Origin: Bacteroidota bacterium
Lineage (GTDB): Bacteria; Bacteroidota; Bacteroidia; Chitinophagales; Chitinophagaceae
Assembly (NCBI GenBank): GCA_005884665.1
Contig: VBAT01000008.1
Span: 39,105-103,104 of the forward strand
Reading direction: 5' to 3'
DNA length: 64,000 nt
The translations under genes and the position numbers were made by a program. Within the stretch, counting starts at the first letter, position 1, and each line of letters begins with the position of its first letter. Below the pieces are notes generated by a model, which was not told the origin of the DNA, did no database searches, and saw nothing but the letters and a program-made list of their open reading frames with translations. Below, one piece after another: positions 48,798-56,807 of the stretch.

Positions 48798-49004
48798 AAG
48801 GCGGCAAATTTACCGGCTTTTACGAAGATTTAGAAAGGACAGATGCTAGATGCTGGATGCGAGATGCTTGATAGCAGGAAGCAACAAGCTGCCGCTAAGG
48901 GGTGAATGGCGAGGAAACTTAGCGAAGCTACGAATTTGGTGAACAATGTCGCTATCACTCCCTCTCCTTGGAGAGGGAGCCGGAGGGAGAGGCCAGCATC
49001 TGCA

Positions 49005-49430
49005 CTACTCCCCTTTCGCCTGTAATTTTTTTCTTATCTCGGTGCAGATATAATTTTCACCTTCGTAGACTCTTTCGATCGCCATGGTCAGTTCGGAAAA
49101 GGCCGAGGTCTTTGTTACGAATCCTTTTGCCCCATGGTTGATCATCTTTGTTGCATACTTTGGGCTGTTGTGAATGGAGATACCAATGACTTTTACCGCG
49201 GGATTAATATTGGTGATCCTTTGGGTGGCTTCAAACCCGTTTATAGGTGACATGTTGATGTCCATCAGTATCACATCGGGAGCCAATTTTTCGGAAAGCT
49301 CGATAGCCTCGGCACCGTTATTACAATGGGAGATGATCGAGAAGCGGGCGTCTTTTTCGAGTAACATTTTGAAGGATTCACGAACGAGGTCATGATCATC
49401 CACTAAAATAATTCTAATAGGGTACGGCAT
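49005..49430 (-). CDS. Stand-alone response regulator receiver protein (NarL/FixJ-like REC, no output domain)
   Basis: IRIILVDDHDLVRESF, with phospho-acceptor region PDVILMDINMSPINGFE, then KVIGISIH and GAKGFVTK. Only 141 aa. Confidence 0.8.
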   Translation of the reverse strand: MPYPIRIILVDDHDLVRESFKMLLEKDARFSIISHCNNGAEAIELSEKLAPDVILMDINMSPINGFEATQRITNINPAVKVIGISIHNSPKYATKMINHGAKGFVTKTSAFSELTMAIERVYEGENYICTEIRKKLQAKGE

Positions 49431-49754
49431 GTAATAATTTAGGCGTGACGAAGGATGGTTTACGCATTCTCTGGGTTTGATCTGTGGTTTGCTAATGAAA
49501 AGGGATGGTGGCTCTCCGCGGGTAGGACTTCAATGTTAGTAAAAATACTGTATAACTAAAGTAATACTACTTGTGTAAATAACCAAGTAATTTTACTGAT
49601 CTTTTCGTGAATTAGGGGTTAATATAGAATTAGAGGGCGAGAAACAGAGCGAAGAAACAGAGCGGAGTGCCCCAGAAGACACTGAATAGGGGATGCCGTC
49701 ATTGCGAGGAGCGAGGAAGCAACAGCATCCACCATCTGTCTTTACCTTCGCATT

Positions 49755-50489
49755 ATGACAAAACAACTCACATCCTGGTACAGCCCATCCCTGAATAAAG
49801 AAATGCCGATCGCCGTCTATGGCGACTACGGTTTTGCTTTGTTGTTGATACCGACAGCCGCAGCGGATTATCTCGAATATGAACGGTTTCAGCTAATGGA
49901 TCACCTGGCCCCGTTTATTGATGGCGGTAAAGTGAAAGTGTTTTCCATCGACAGCATTAACAATGAAAGCTGGATGAATAATACTATGGACCCCTGGCAA
50001 AAATCGGTAAGGCACCAGCAATGGAATGATTATGTCTTCAATGAGGTCATACCATTCGTGCAAAACAATACCAGCGGGGAAACGCCCATCATCACCTGCG
50101 GCGCTTCATTTGGCGCTTTGCATAGCATGAATTTATTTTTAAAACGCCCCGATATTATCGATGGTGTAATTGCCATGAGTGGCGTCTATGATCTTACCGA
50201 GTACACCAGGGGGCACTATGATGATAATGTATATTACAACAGCCCTATGCATTACATACCCCAGCTGACCGATCATTCTATCCTTGAACAAATAAGGCAA
50301 AGCCGGCATATCCATATAGTCACGGGCGGTGGCGCTTATGAGGACCCCGCTGCGAGTGGACATTTTGCCAAAGTACTTTATGATAAGGGCATCTGGTATG
50401 AGCTTGACCAGTGGGGACCCGAATGGCCGCGTGACTGGAATACATGGCGGGCCATGTTAGCGCACTATCTTTCTACACGGTTTAATTGA
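49755..50489 (+). CDS. Esterase family protein (alpha/beta hydrolase)
   Basis: GxSxG-type nucleophile elbow in ITCGASFGALHSMN. The size and layout match the putative esterase family. Confidence 0.6.
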   Translation: MTKQLTSWYSPSLNKEMPIAVYGDYGFALLLIPTAAADYLEYERFQLMDHLAPFIDGGKVKVFSIDSINNESWMNNTMDPWQKSVRHQQWNDYVFNEVIPFVQNNTSGETPIITCGASFGALHSMNLFLKRPDIIDGVIAMSGVYDLTEYTRGHYDDNVYYNSPMHYIPQLTDHSILEQIRQSRHIHIVTGGGAYEDPAASGHFAKVLYDKGIWYELDQWGPEWPRDWNTWRAMLAHYLSTRFN

Positions 50490-51159
50490 CCGGGACCTTT
50501 AGCAGCGATAAAGGTGGGATCAGTTCGTCCAGCAATCGTACAAAATCGTCGCGTAGGATCATTTTGGCCCCGAAACTTTCAAGATACTCGGTGTAGACCT
50601 GGCAATCTATCAGTTCAATGCCTTCAGCCGTTAATTGCTGGATGTATTTGATAAATGCATAGCGCGAGGCGTTGCTTTCTTTGCTAAACATACTTTCCCC
50701 GAAGAACACTTTTCCCATTTTGATCCCATATAATCCTCCTGACAACTCACCGTCCCTCCATACTTCGGCGCTATGGGCATAACCCAGTTCATGCATTTTA
50801 ATAAATGCTTTTTCTACTTCATCGGTTATCCATGTGCCTTCCTGTCCAGGGCGCCGGATCTTTTTACACAGATTGATCACCTTTTTAAAAGCCTTGTTGA
50901 CGGTAAATTCAAACTCATCTCTCTTCAGCAGCGGCTTCATGCTTTTATGAATTTTCAGATCGTCCGGGAAAAGGACAAAGCGCGGATCGGGACACCACCA
51001 TAAAATGTGATCGCCCTCGTACCAGGGAAAAATGCCATTGCGGTAAGCTATTAATAGTCTTTCAGGAGACAGGTCACCGCCCATTGCAAGAAGGCCATCG
51101 GACCCGGCCAGGTGAACCGGCGGAAAGTTCAGGTCTTTATCCAAAACAAACAGGGGCAT
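50482..51159 (-). CDS. aat: Leucyl/phenylalanyl-tRNA--protein transferase
   Basis: LLIAYRNGIFPWYEGDHILWWCPDPRFVLF and GESMFS motifs. Adjacent to clpS (N-end rule pair). Confidence 0.9.
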   Translation of the reverse strand: MPLFVLDKDLNFPPVHLAGSDGLLAMGGDLSPERLLIAYRNGIFPWYEGDHILWWCPDPRFVLFPDDLKIHKSMKPLLKRDEFEFTVNKAFKKVINLCKKIRRPGQEGTWITDEVEKAFIKMHELGYAHSAEVWRDGELSGGLYGIKMGKVFFGESMFSKESNASRYAFIKYIQQLTAEGIELIDCQVYTEYLESFGAKMILRDDFVRLLDELIPPLSLLKVPVN

Positions 51160-51181
51160 GAAAGGGAGGAGAGGAAACGGG

Positions 51182-51481
51182 TTATGCCATTACTTCGATA
51201 GTAGCGCCAATACCTCTTTCGGTAATGGCGTCGCACTGGGGTTTTAACTCATCATACGAGCCTTCTTTCACGGCATATTTTCCTTTATAGTGAATAAAAT
51301 AGGAACATTGTTCAGCCTGCTCCGGGCTATGACCGCATACTTCGATCAGGGTTTCGATCACCCATTCAAATGTGTTTACCTCGTCATTCCAGACAACGAG
51401 GCTACAAGGCTCTTCATAACCTGTAAGAAGATCGGTTTCTGAATGACTTTGAGTAAGAGTATTGTATTTGATCTGTTCCAT
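51182..51481 (-). CDS. clpS: ATP-dependent Clp protease adaptor ClpS
   Basis: CSLVVWNDEVNTFEWVIETLIEVCGHSPEQAEQCSYFIHYKGKYAV. Confidence 0.9.
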   Translation of the reverse strand: MEQIKYNTLTQSHSETDLLTGYEEPCSLVVWNDEVNTFEWVIETLIEVCGHSPEQAEQCSYFIHYKGKYAVKEGSYDELKPQCDAITERGIGATIEVMA

Positions 51482-51564
51482 GTCTGACGTCCTTCACAAA
51501 ATTAAAAAGAATATTCTTTGTGAGCGAGTTTTGTGGGGTCTCTTTCCTAAATTACTTTAAAATA

Positions 51565-51957
51565 ATGAGCATGAAAAAGATAACCGGGCTCGGCGGCGTA
51601 TTCATCAAAGCCTCAGACCCTAAGGCGCTTGCGGCCTGGTACCAGGAAGTTCTCGGTATTGGGTTTAATGGTAATGTATACGTAGATTTTCCATTCACCG
51701 ATGAGGAAGGTAAAATTACGCCTGGTTCTAATGTGTTGTCTTTTTTCAAGTCCACCAGCGATTACTTTGATCCCAGCACCAGCCAGGTAATGCTCAACCT
51801 GCGGGTGTCCGATCTTCTCGGCTTACTGGATGAACTAAGAGCAAAGAACGTAACGATAACTGGTGATCCTTTGGTCGAAGACTACGGCAAATTCGCCTGG
51901 ATCATGGATCCCGAAGGACATAAGATTGAATTGTGGGAGCCACCGGTGAAGTCGTGA
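51565..51957 (+). CDS. VOC (glyoxalase/bleomycin-resistance) family protein
   Basis: GLGGVFIKASDPKALAAWYQEVLG ... FAWIMDPEGHKIELWEP. ATG 51565 is preferred to the GTG at 51520. Confidence 0.7.
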   Translation: MSMKKITGLGGVFIKASDPKALAAWYQEVLGIGFNGNVYVDFPFTDEEGKITPGSNVLSFFKSTSDYFDPSTSQVMLNLRVSDLLGLLDELRAKNVTITGDPLVEDYGKFAWIMDPEGHKIELWEPPVKS

Positions 51958-52176
51958 ATGGTGTCCCGATGGCAATCGGGAGGTGAGAAGTCTTCGCGAA
52001 CAGTTTTGTGTCACTTCGTGTCTTGGTGTCTTAATGGTTCCCTCTTTGCGCCTCCTATATTTCCCTATCCTTTCTTTTATCTTACAATTCATCAGAAACT
52101 TTTCGCAATCCATTCCTCTGTTGTTATTAAATGTTTTTTCTGCGTTGCATATTCGCCACGCAATTAAAAACACTGT

Positions 52177-54258
52177 ATGAAATCAAGACCCTCAACCTTA
52201 GCCTCAGCCTCAACCTTTATCTTAACCTTAGCCTTAACCTTATTAATTAGCACTAGTTCCTTTTCCCAAAACATCAGCATCAGCAGCACTGCAGCATCAC
52301 CTGATCCCAGTGCTATGCTCGACATACAAAGCACCAGCAAAGGTCTGCTTGTTCCGCGTATGTCCCAGGCACAACGAATTGGTATCAACAATCCTGCTAC
52401 CGGATTATTGGTTTACCAGGTTGATACCGACAGCGGATTTTACTACAACGGCGGATCGAAAGCACTGCCTAAATGGATCAGTCTTCAAAACCAGTCGGGC
52501 GGCTGGAGCACCCGGGGCAATGCCGGGACAGATACTACTATAAACTTTATCGGTACCACAGATGTGGTTCCGCTCGTATTCAAACAAAATAATGTGAGGG
52601 CAGGTTTGCTTGATTCCATCCGGGCTGAGACGGCGCTCGGCTACAGAGCGATGGGCTCAACGACTAGCGGCTCTCATAATTCGGCTTTTGGTTACAAATC
52701 GCTCGAACTAAATACAACCGGTTTCAACAATGTTGCCATCGGATCAAATTCAATGCGATTCAATACTACCGGTAATGATAATACAGCCGCCGGTTTCCTG
52801 TCTTTGCGAGCTAATACAACCGGTATCGATAATGTTGCATTCGGAAGTAATGCGCTTTTATCCAATACAACTGGTAGCTATAACCATGCAAGCGGGTACG
52901 GCGCCCTGAATCAGAATACTACAGGTGCTTTTAATACTGCTGTTGGAAACATTGCACTGTTGAACAACACCATTGGGAGCAGCAATTCAGCTTTAGGAAG
53001 TGATGCGCTGAGATATAACATCAGCGGGAATAATAATGTCGGAATGGGTTATACTGCGTTATACTTTAATAACACAGGCAATAGCAATACCGGTATCGGT
53101 GTAGGTGCACTATTCAATAATAACTCCGGGTATTCGAATGTTGCCATTGGGATGAATGCGTTGTTCAATACAGGTAACCGTTCCAACCTTGTCGCTGTGG
53201 GTGATTCCGCATTGTATAATAATGGAGTCGGAGTTACCCAGGGGACACAGGCGACCTACAATACTGCCCTTGGTTCCAAATCACTTTATGCAAATAATAT
53301 CGGGTCTTATAATACGGGACTTGGCAATGGAGCATTAACCTCCAACACCAATGGTAACTGGAATACTGCTGCAGGAGTGAGTGCAATGGCATATAATACC
53401 ACCGGTGCTTCCAACACTGCATTTGGAGGCTCCGCTCTTTTGTCTAATTCAACAGGTAGTTTCAATACTGCTATCGGATATAATTCTGGTACATTAGGTG
53501 ATGGCATTAGTTATTCAACGGCTGTAGGAGCGTTGGCGACTGTTGGTTGCAACAATTGTCTGGTGCTTGGACATTCACAAGCTAAAGTAGGTATTGCCAC
53601 TTCTTACCCAGCTGCAGCCAGGCTTGATGTTGCCGGCGCCAATGCCTGGGATCTTGTCAATTCAGAAGGCGATGTCCGCATAGGCGATGCCAATTACAGG
53701 TTGAAGATCGGTGTAGCATTAGGTGGTGGTGGTGCGGGCGCTGTAGGCCTAATGCAATACGGTACTAATGGCGGATACAATGTAATGATGTTGGGCTCAC
53801 AGGGAACGGGGATACTTTATTTAAATGGAAACACCGGCAGGGTCGGAATTGGTACCGATAATCCTACACAAAAGCTCTCCGTGAATGGAAATATTTGTTA
53901 TACCGGTTCCATCGGTGCCTGTTCAGACATACGATATAAAACCAATCTTCATCGCATCGAAAATCCTTTGCAGAAGATTCTTTCTCTGAATGGTTTTTAT
54001 TACAACTGGGACCGCAAAAAATTCCCTGACATGGAATTCAGCGATGATCGGCAGCTTGGGTTCTCTGCCCAGGAAGTAGAAAAGCTTTTCCCCGAGATCG
54101 TTCAGACCAATGATAAAGGATATAAATCGGTGGACTACGGAAGGCTGACGCCGGTATTGGTAGAAGCGGTCAAAGAACAGCAGGAGGAAATCGACGCGTT
54201 AAAAGAAATAGTAATGGATTTACAAAAGCAGGTTAAGAAGCTGAGAAATAAAAACTAA
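52177..54258 (+). CDS. Tail-fibre-like surface protein with a C-terminal peptidase S74 intramolecular chaperone domain
   Basis: N-terminal module SAMLDIQSTSKGLLVPRMSQAQRIGINNPATGLLVYQVDTDSGFYYNGG. About 20 degenerate 14-15-aa repeats follow (NTAxGxxALxxNTTGxxN). The C-terminus is SDIRYKTNLHRIENPLQKILSLNGFYYNWD...GFSAQEVEKLFPEIV...VDYGRLTPVLVEAVKEQQEEI. Confidence 0.8.
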   Translation: MKSRPSTLASASTFILTLALTLLISTSSFSQNISISSTAASPDPSAMLDIQSTSKGLLVPRMSQAQRIGINNPATGLLVYQVDTDSGFYYNGGSKALPKWISLQNQSGGWSTRGNAGTDTTINFIGTTDVVPLVFKQNNVRAGLLDSIRAETALGYRAMGSTTSGSHNSAFGYKSLELNTTGFNNVAIGSNSMRFNTTGNDNTAAGFLSLRANTTGIDNVAFGSNALLSNTTGSYNHASGYGALNQNTTGAFNTAVGNIALLNNTIGSSNSALGSDALRYNISGNNNVGMGYTALYFNNTGNSNTGIGVGALFNNNSGYSNVAIGMNALFNTGNRSNLVAVGDSALYNNGVGVTQGTQATYNTALGSKSLYANNIGSYNTGLGNGALTSNTNGNWNTAAGVSAMAYNTTGASNTAFGGSALLSNSTGSFNTAIGYNSGTLGDGISYSTAVGALATVGCNNCLVLGHSQAKVGIATSYPAAARLDVAGANAWDLVNSEGDVRIGDANYRLKIGVALGGGGAGAVGLMQYGTNGGYNVMMLGSQGTGILYLNGNTGRVGIGTDNPTQKLSVNGNICYTGSIGACSDIRYKTNLHRIENPLQKILSLNGFYYNWDRKKFPDMEFSDDRQLGFSAQEVEKLFPEIVQTNDKGYKSVDYGRLTPVLVEAVKEQQEEIDALKEIVMDLQKQVKKLRNKN

Positions 54259-54293
54259 GGCAGTTCGGCCGGGCTTTTAGTGGGGCAAAAAAA

Positions 54294-54324
54294 TTTGGCT
54301 AAAAGCTATTCAGGACTATCTTTG
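54294..54324 (+). promoter_or_regulatory. Bacteroidota-type sigma-A promoter for the tRNA array
   Basis: TTTG (54294-54297), a 19-nt spacer, then TAtcTTTG (54317-54324). It lies about 38 nt upstream of tRNA-Val. Confidence 0.6.
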
Positions 54325-54361
54325 CACTCCTAAAAATGCAGACCGCGTCGCGGCGCTCGCG

Positions 54362-54436
54362 GGGAGTTTAGCTCAGCTGGTTCAGAGCATCTGCCTTACA
54401 AGCAGAGGGTCGGCGGTTCGATCCCGTCAACTCCCA
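54362..54436 (+). tRNA. tRNA-Val (anticodon TAC)
   Basis: GGGAGTT-TA-GCTC-AGCTGGTTCA-GAGC-A-TCTGC-CTTACAA-GCAGA-GGGTC-GGCGG-TTCGATC-CCGTC-AACTCCC-A. Canonical cloverleaf; CCA not encoded. Confidence 0.92.
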
Positions 54437-54473
54437 CAGTGAAAGGTTTCAGTTAATACTGGAACCTTTTTTT

Positions 54474-54549
54474 TGGAGTTTAGCTCAGCGGTTCAGAGCA
54501 TCCCGACTACCAGTCGGGAGGGTCGGCGGTTCGATCCCGTCAACTCCCA
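54474..54549 (+). tRNA. Non-canonical tRNA-like gene, copy L1 (Val-type body, 19-nt anticodon arm with ACC in the loop)
   Basis: T-GGAGTT-TA-GCTC-AGCGGTTCA-GAGC-A-TCCCGA-CTACCAG-TCGGGA-GGGTC-GGCGG-TTCGATC-CCGTC-AACTCCC-A. It has a U1/C72 mismatch and a 6-bp anticodon stem. Confidence 0.5.
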
Positions 54550-54586
54550 CAGTGAAAGGTTTCAGTTAATACTGGAACCTTTTTTT

Positions 54587-54662
54587 TGGAGTTTAGCTCA
54601 GCGGTTCAGAGCATCCCGACTACCAGTCGGGAGAGTCGGCGGTTCGATCCCGTCAACTCCCA
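54587..54662 (+). tRNA. Non-canonical tRNA-like gene, copy L2
   Basis: Identical to L1 except for one G>A in the variable loop (gggagAgtc, ~54634). Confidence 0.5.
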
Positions 54663-54699
54663 CAGTGAAAGGTTTCAGTTAATACTGGAACCTTTTTTT

Positions 54700-54775
54700 T
54701 GGAGTTTAGCTCAGCGGTTCAGAGCATCCCGACTACCAGTCGGGAGGGTCGGCGGTTCGATCCCGTCAACTCCCA
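54700..54775 (+). tRNA. Non-canonical tRNA-like gene, copy L3
   Basis: Identical to L1. It is followed by a different trailer (cccaatccc...) and a diverged terminator hairpin. Confidence 0.5.
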
Positions 54776-54826
54776 CCCAATCCCAGCGAGGGTTTCAGCC
54801 AATGAAGCCCTTTTTGGTTTTACCCA

Positions 54827-54857
54827 TTTGCATACAATTTGCATACATTTGCATACA
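54827..54857 (+). promoter_or_regulatory. Three tandem TTTGCATACA boxes (10-11-bp phasing); overlapping TAnnTTTG promoter-like motifs
   Basis: tttgcataca occurs at 54827, 54838 and 54848. TAcaTTTG (-7-like) motifs are embedded. The boxes lie about 90 nt upstream of the 54946 gene. Confidence 0.45.
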
Positions 54858-54945
54858 AATACCTTTTTAGCATCATTTCTCCAACCGGATTTGCAGCATC
54901 ATTTTATCATACCTTCAGCCTGTATTAAAATTTATAGTCACCACC

Positions 54946-55563
54946 ATGGTTAGTTTTCCGAAGGCAACTTTTTTTATTGTGCTGACATTTGCAGTCATCA
55001 GCCTGATTTCTTGCACCAACAAGTTTTTTCAATACCAGGTTACAATGACGCACCCGGTCAAAAGCAAAGTGTTGGAATATGAAAACGATACCTTTTACAT
55101 TTCCTTTGCCATCAGATACCAGTCAATCAAGTTTCTTATCCTAAATAAGCTATACGATGGCATGAAAATAAATTGGGATGAAGTGTCTTTTTCAATAAAT
55201 GGAAAGGCTCAACGTGCTGTTCATAAAGAAACCGGTGTTTTAAAAGTAAACGATGTGCAACCGCCGACTACAATTCCACCAAAATCGACACTCGAAGATT
55301 TCCTGATCCCGACCAGCAGCTTGCATTACGCGACTAATTCATCAAATACTTATACGATCGTTGGCTACATTTTACCTTATGAGGAATCCGGCAAATCAAA
55401 ACAACAGGCCGTAATAAACAGGTTTAAGGGAACACGAATTACAGTGTTTCTGCCGTTCTATTTGGGCGGCATTTATCACTCCAAGTATTACGATTTTATG
55501 ATCGACGACGTAATCCTCATCAAAAATAAACCCGACCCGATTGAGTTGCCTGCCCGGCGCTAG
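54946..55563 (+). CDS. Hypothetical lipoprotein (islet cassette 1)
   Basis: Lipobox LISC after a hydrophobic signal (FFIVLTFAVISLISC). 205 aa, no recognisable family. AT-rich codon usage by eye. Confidence 0.55.
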   Translation: MVSFPKATFFIVLTFAVISLISCTNKFFQYQVTMTHPVKSKVLEYENDTFYISFAIRYQSIKFLILNKLYDGMKINWDEVSFSINGKAQRAVHKETGVLKVNDVQPPTTIPPKSTLEDFLIPTSSLHYATNSSNTYTIVGYILPYEESGKSKQQAVINRFKGTRITVFLPFYLGGIYHSKYYDFMIDDVILIKNKPDPIELPARR

Positions 55564-55835
55564 CCAACATGGGGCTTGGTGCTATGGCTGGCTGACGAAT
55601 ATAAGCTTATCGTTCCGTCGATACACAGTGTCAGTTCCGGTTGATGAATAAGGTCGGGCAAAAGAATATAACATCAACTACATTAACTTTACTCAGCGGC
55701 GGTTCGGGCTTAAAGTAATGCGGAATATCAGCACAGCAGAAAGCCCTGACCGTTGTATGTAGTGCTAAACGACCACTTCAAAAAAACAGTGCAACGGTTG
55801 CTAACAAAAAGTTGTCATCATTAAAACGAATTGTC

Positions 55836-56396
55836 ATGAAAGTAAGAGCCTTAACTATAATAATGCTGTTTGTGCTGACTTTTTCAAGTTGCAAAAAAGA
55901 AGCGGCCAACTATCAAATCATACCAATTCCAAACGGTGACTTTGAACAGTGGGACAACATGCCAAATTTGGCGATTTGGCACACAAACAGTTGCCCTGCT
56001 TGTGTGCCACCTTACGAGACTTACATTGTTAAGAAAATAACAGAAGCTGAAAACGGCCAGTTCGCAGCTAAGTTTGTGTACAATAATGTTTACAGTAGTT
56101 ATGCAAACAATAAATTCGCTATTTCTTTACATCCAACTTCATTGATAGGATACATAAAATCTAATATTGCAAGTGGCGACACCGCAATTATTCACATAGA
56201 CTTGTTTTCAGGAAATAATATAGTTGACAATGGGGTTTTTTATGAGACATCATCAAATGCCAACTATAGAAAAATAAATATTCCAATTTCACAGTCCGCA
56301 ACAAATGTTGACTCGGCGTTAATAAAAATTGTTGGTGGGAAAAAACAAAATACAGAACTGTCTGTTGACAACTTGGTGTTTCTAAAGAACGACTAA
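55836..56396 (+). CDS. Hypothetical lipoprotein (islet cassette 2; possibly PCMD-like beta-sandwich)
   Basis: MKVRALTIIMLFVLTFSSC lipobox. IPNGDFEQWDN and the C-terminal ELSVDNLVFL are reminiscent of jelly-roll/PCMD-type domains (tentative). The track's TTG 55812 start is possible. Confidence 0.55.
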   Translation: MKVRALTIIMLFVLTFSSCKKEAANYQIIPIPNGDFEQWDNMPNLAIWHTNSCPACVPPYETYIVKKITEAENGQFAAKFVYNNVYSSYANNKFAISLHPTSLIGYIKSNIASGDTAIIHIDLFSGNNIVDNGVFYETSSNANYRKINIPISQSATNVDSALIKIVGGKKQNTELSVDNLVFLKND

Positions 56397-56538
56397 CAAG
56401 AAGCACTACATACAACATGGGGTTTTCTGCTATGCTGGCTGAACCTGCCGGCAGACAGGTACACCTGATCGACATATCGATGCCATCTGTCGACCTGCAT
56501 TGCAACATCAATTGAAGTTTACTGGAACCTTTTATATT

Positions 56539-56629
56539 GGGTTTAGCTCTCCAGATAGCCATCGGGATGGTTCAGAGCATCACGACAAAGTCGGAAGGCT
56601 GGGTCCCAGAGCTCCAGGATCAACTCCCA
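56539..56629 (+). pseudogene. Degenerate fifth tRNA-like copy with an insertion in the D region
   Basis: GGGTTTAGCTC[tccagatagccatcgggat]GGTTCAGAGCATCACGACAAAGTCGGAAGG...GATCAACTCCCACAG. It is preceded by a remnant of the array spacer (agtttactggaacctttt, 56516-56534). Confidence 0.6.
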
Positions 56630-56807
56630 CAGAATAGAAGATTTAAACTTGGTTGAAGCCTTTTTTAATTGAGATTGATCTTATGTCACTGCATCTATAA
56701 ATAGTCGGGGTGGAGTAAAAAAAAGAGGCCATCTCTCTGGACAACCTCCTTTCATTGTAAATACTTAAAAGGATAGCCGGATCTAACCAGCAATTACCTC
56801 AATCCAA

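Larger units (their letters stand above)
54362..54775 (+). repeat. Tandem array: tRNA-Val plus three 113-bp units (tRNA-like body + hairpin/T8 spacer)
   Basis: Exact 113-bp period (unit starts 54474, 54587, 54700). The spacer hairpins AAGGTTTCAG-ttaata-CTGGAACCTT+T8 lie at 54443-54474, 54556-54587 and 54669-54700. A diverged hairpin, AGGGTTTCA-gccaa-TGAAGCCCT+T5, lies at 54789-54816. Confidence 0.95.

Noticed and set aside
50482-51481. The aat-clpS adjacency as a noteworthy system
   Set aside because: This is the well-known N-end-rule gene pair found in many bacteria, so it is ordinary.
54362-54775. The regular 113-bp repeats could be a CRISPR array
   Set aside because: The repeat unit is a 76-nt tRNA-like body and the 'spacers' are identical hairpin/T-run sequences. 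There are no variable spacers, no leader and no cas genes.
54473-54953. Three overlapping-family ORFs (54473-54682, 54586-54870, 54699-54953) all starting MEFSSAVQSIPTTSREGRRFDPVNSH
   Set aside because: They are translations of the tRNA-like repeat units. The shared 'protein' N-terminus is simply the tRNA body read in one frame, so these are not coding sequences.
52177-56640. Prophage or integrative element (tail-fibre gene + tRNA genes + AT-rich islet)
   Set aside because: No integrase, terminase, capsid, portal, baseplate or lysis genes are present on either side. Tail-fibre/S74 proteins are common stand-alone surface proteins in Bacteroidota. Only the small islet is reported as a finding.
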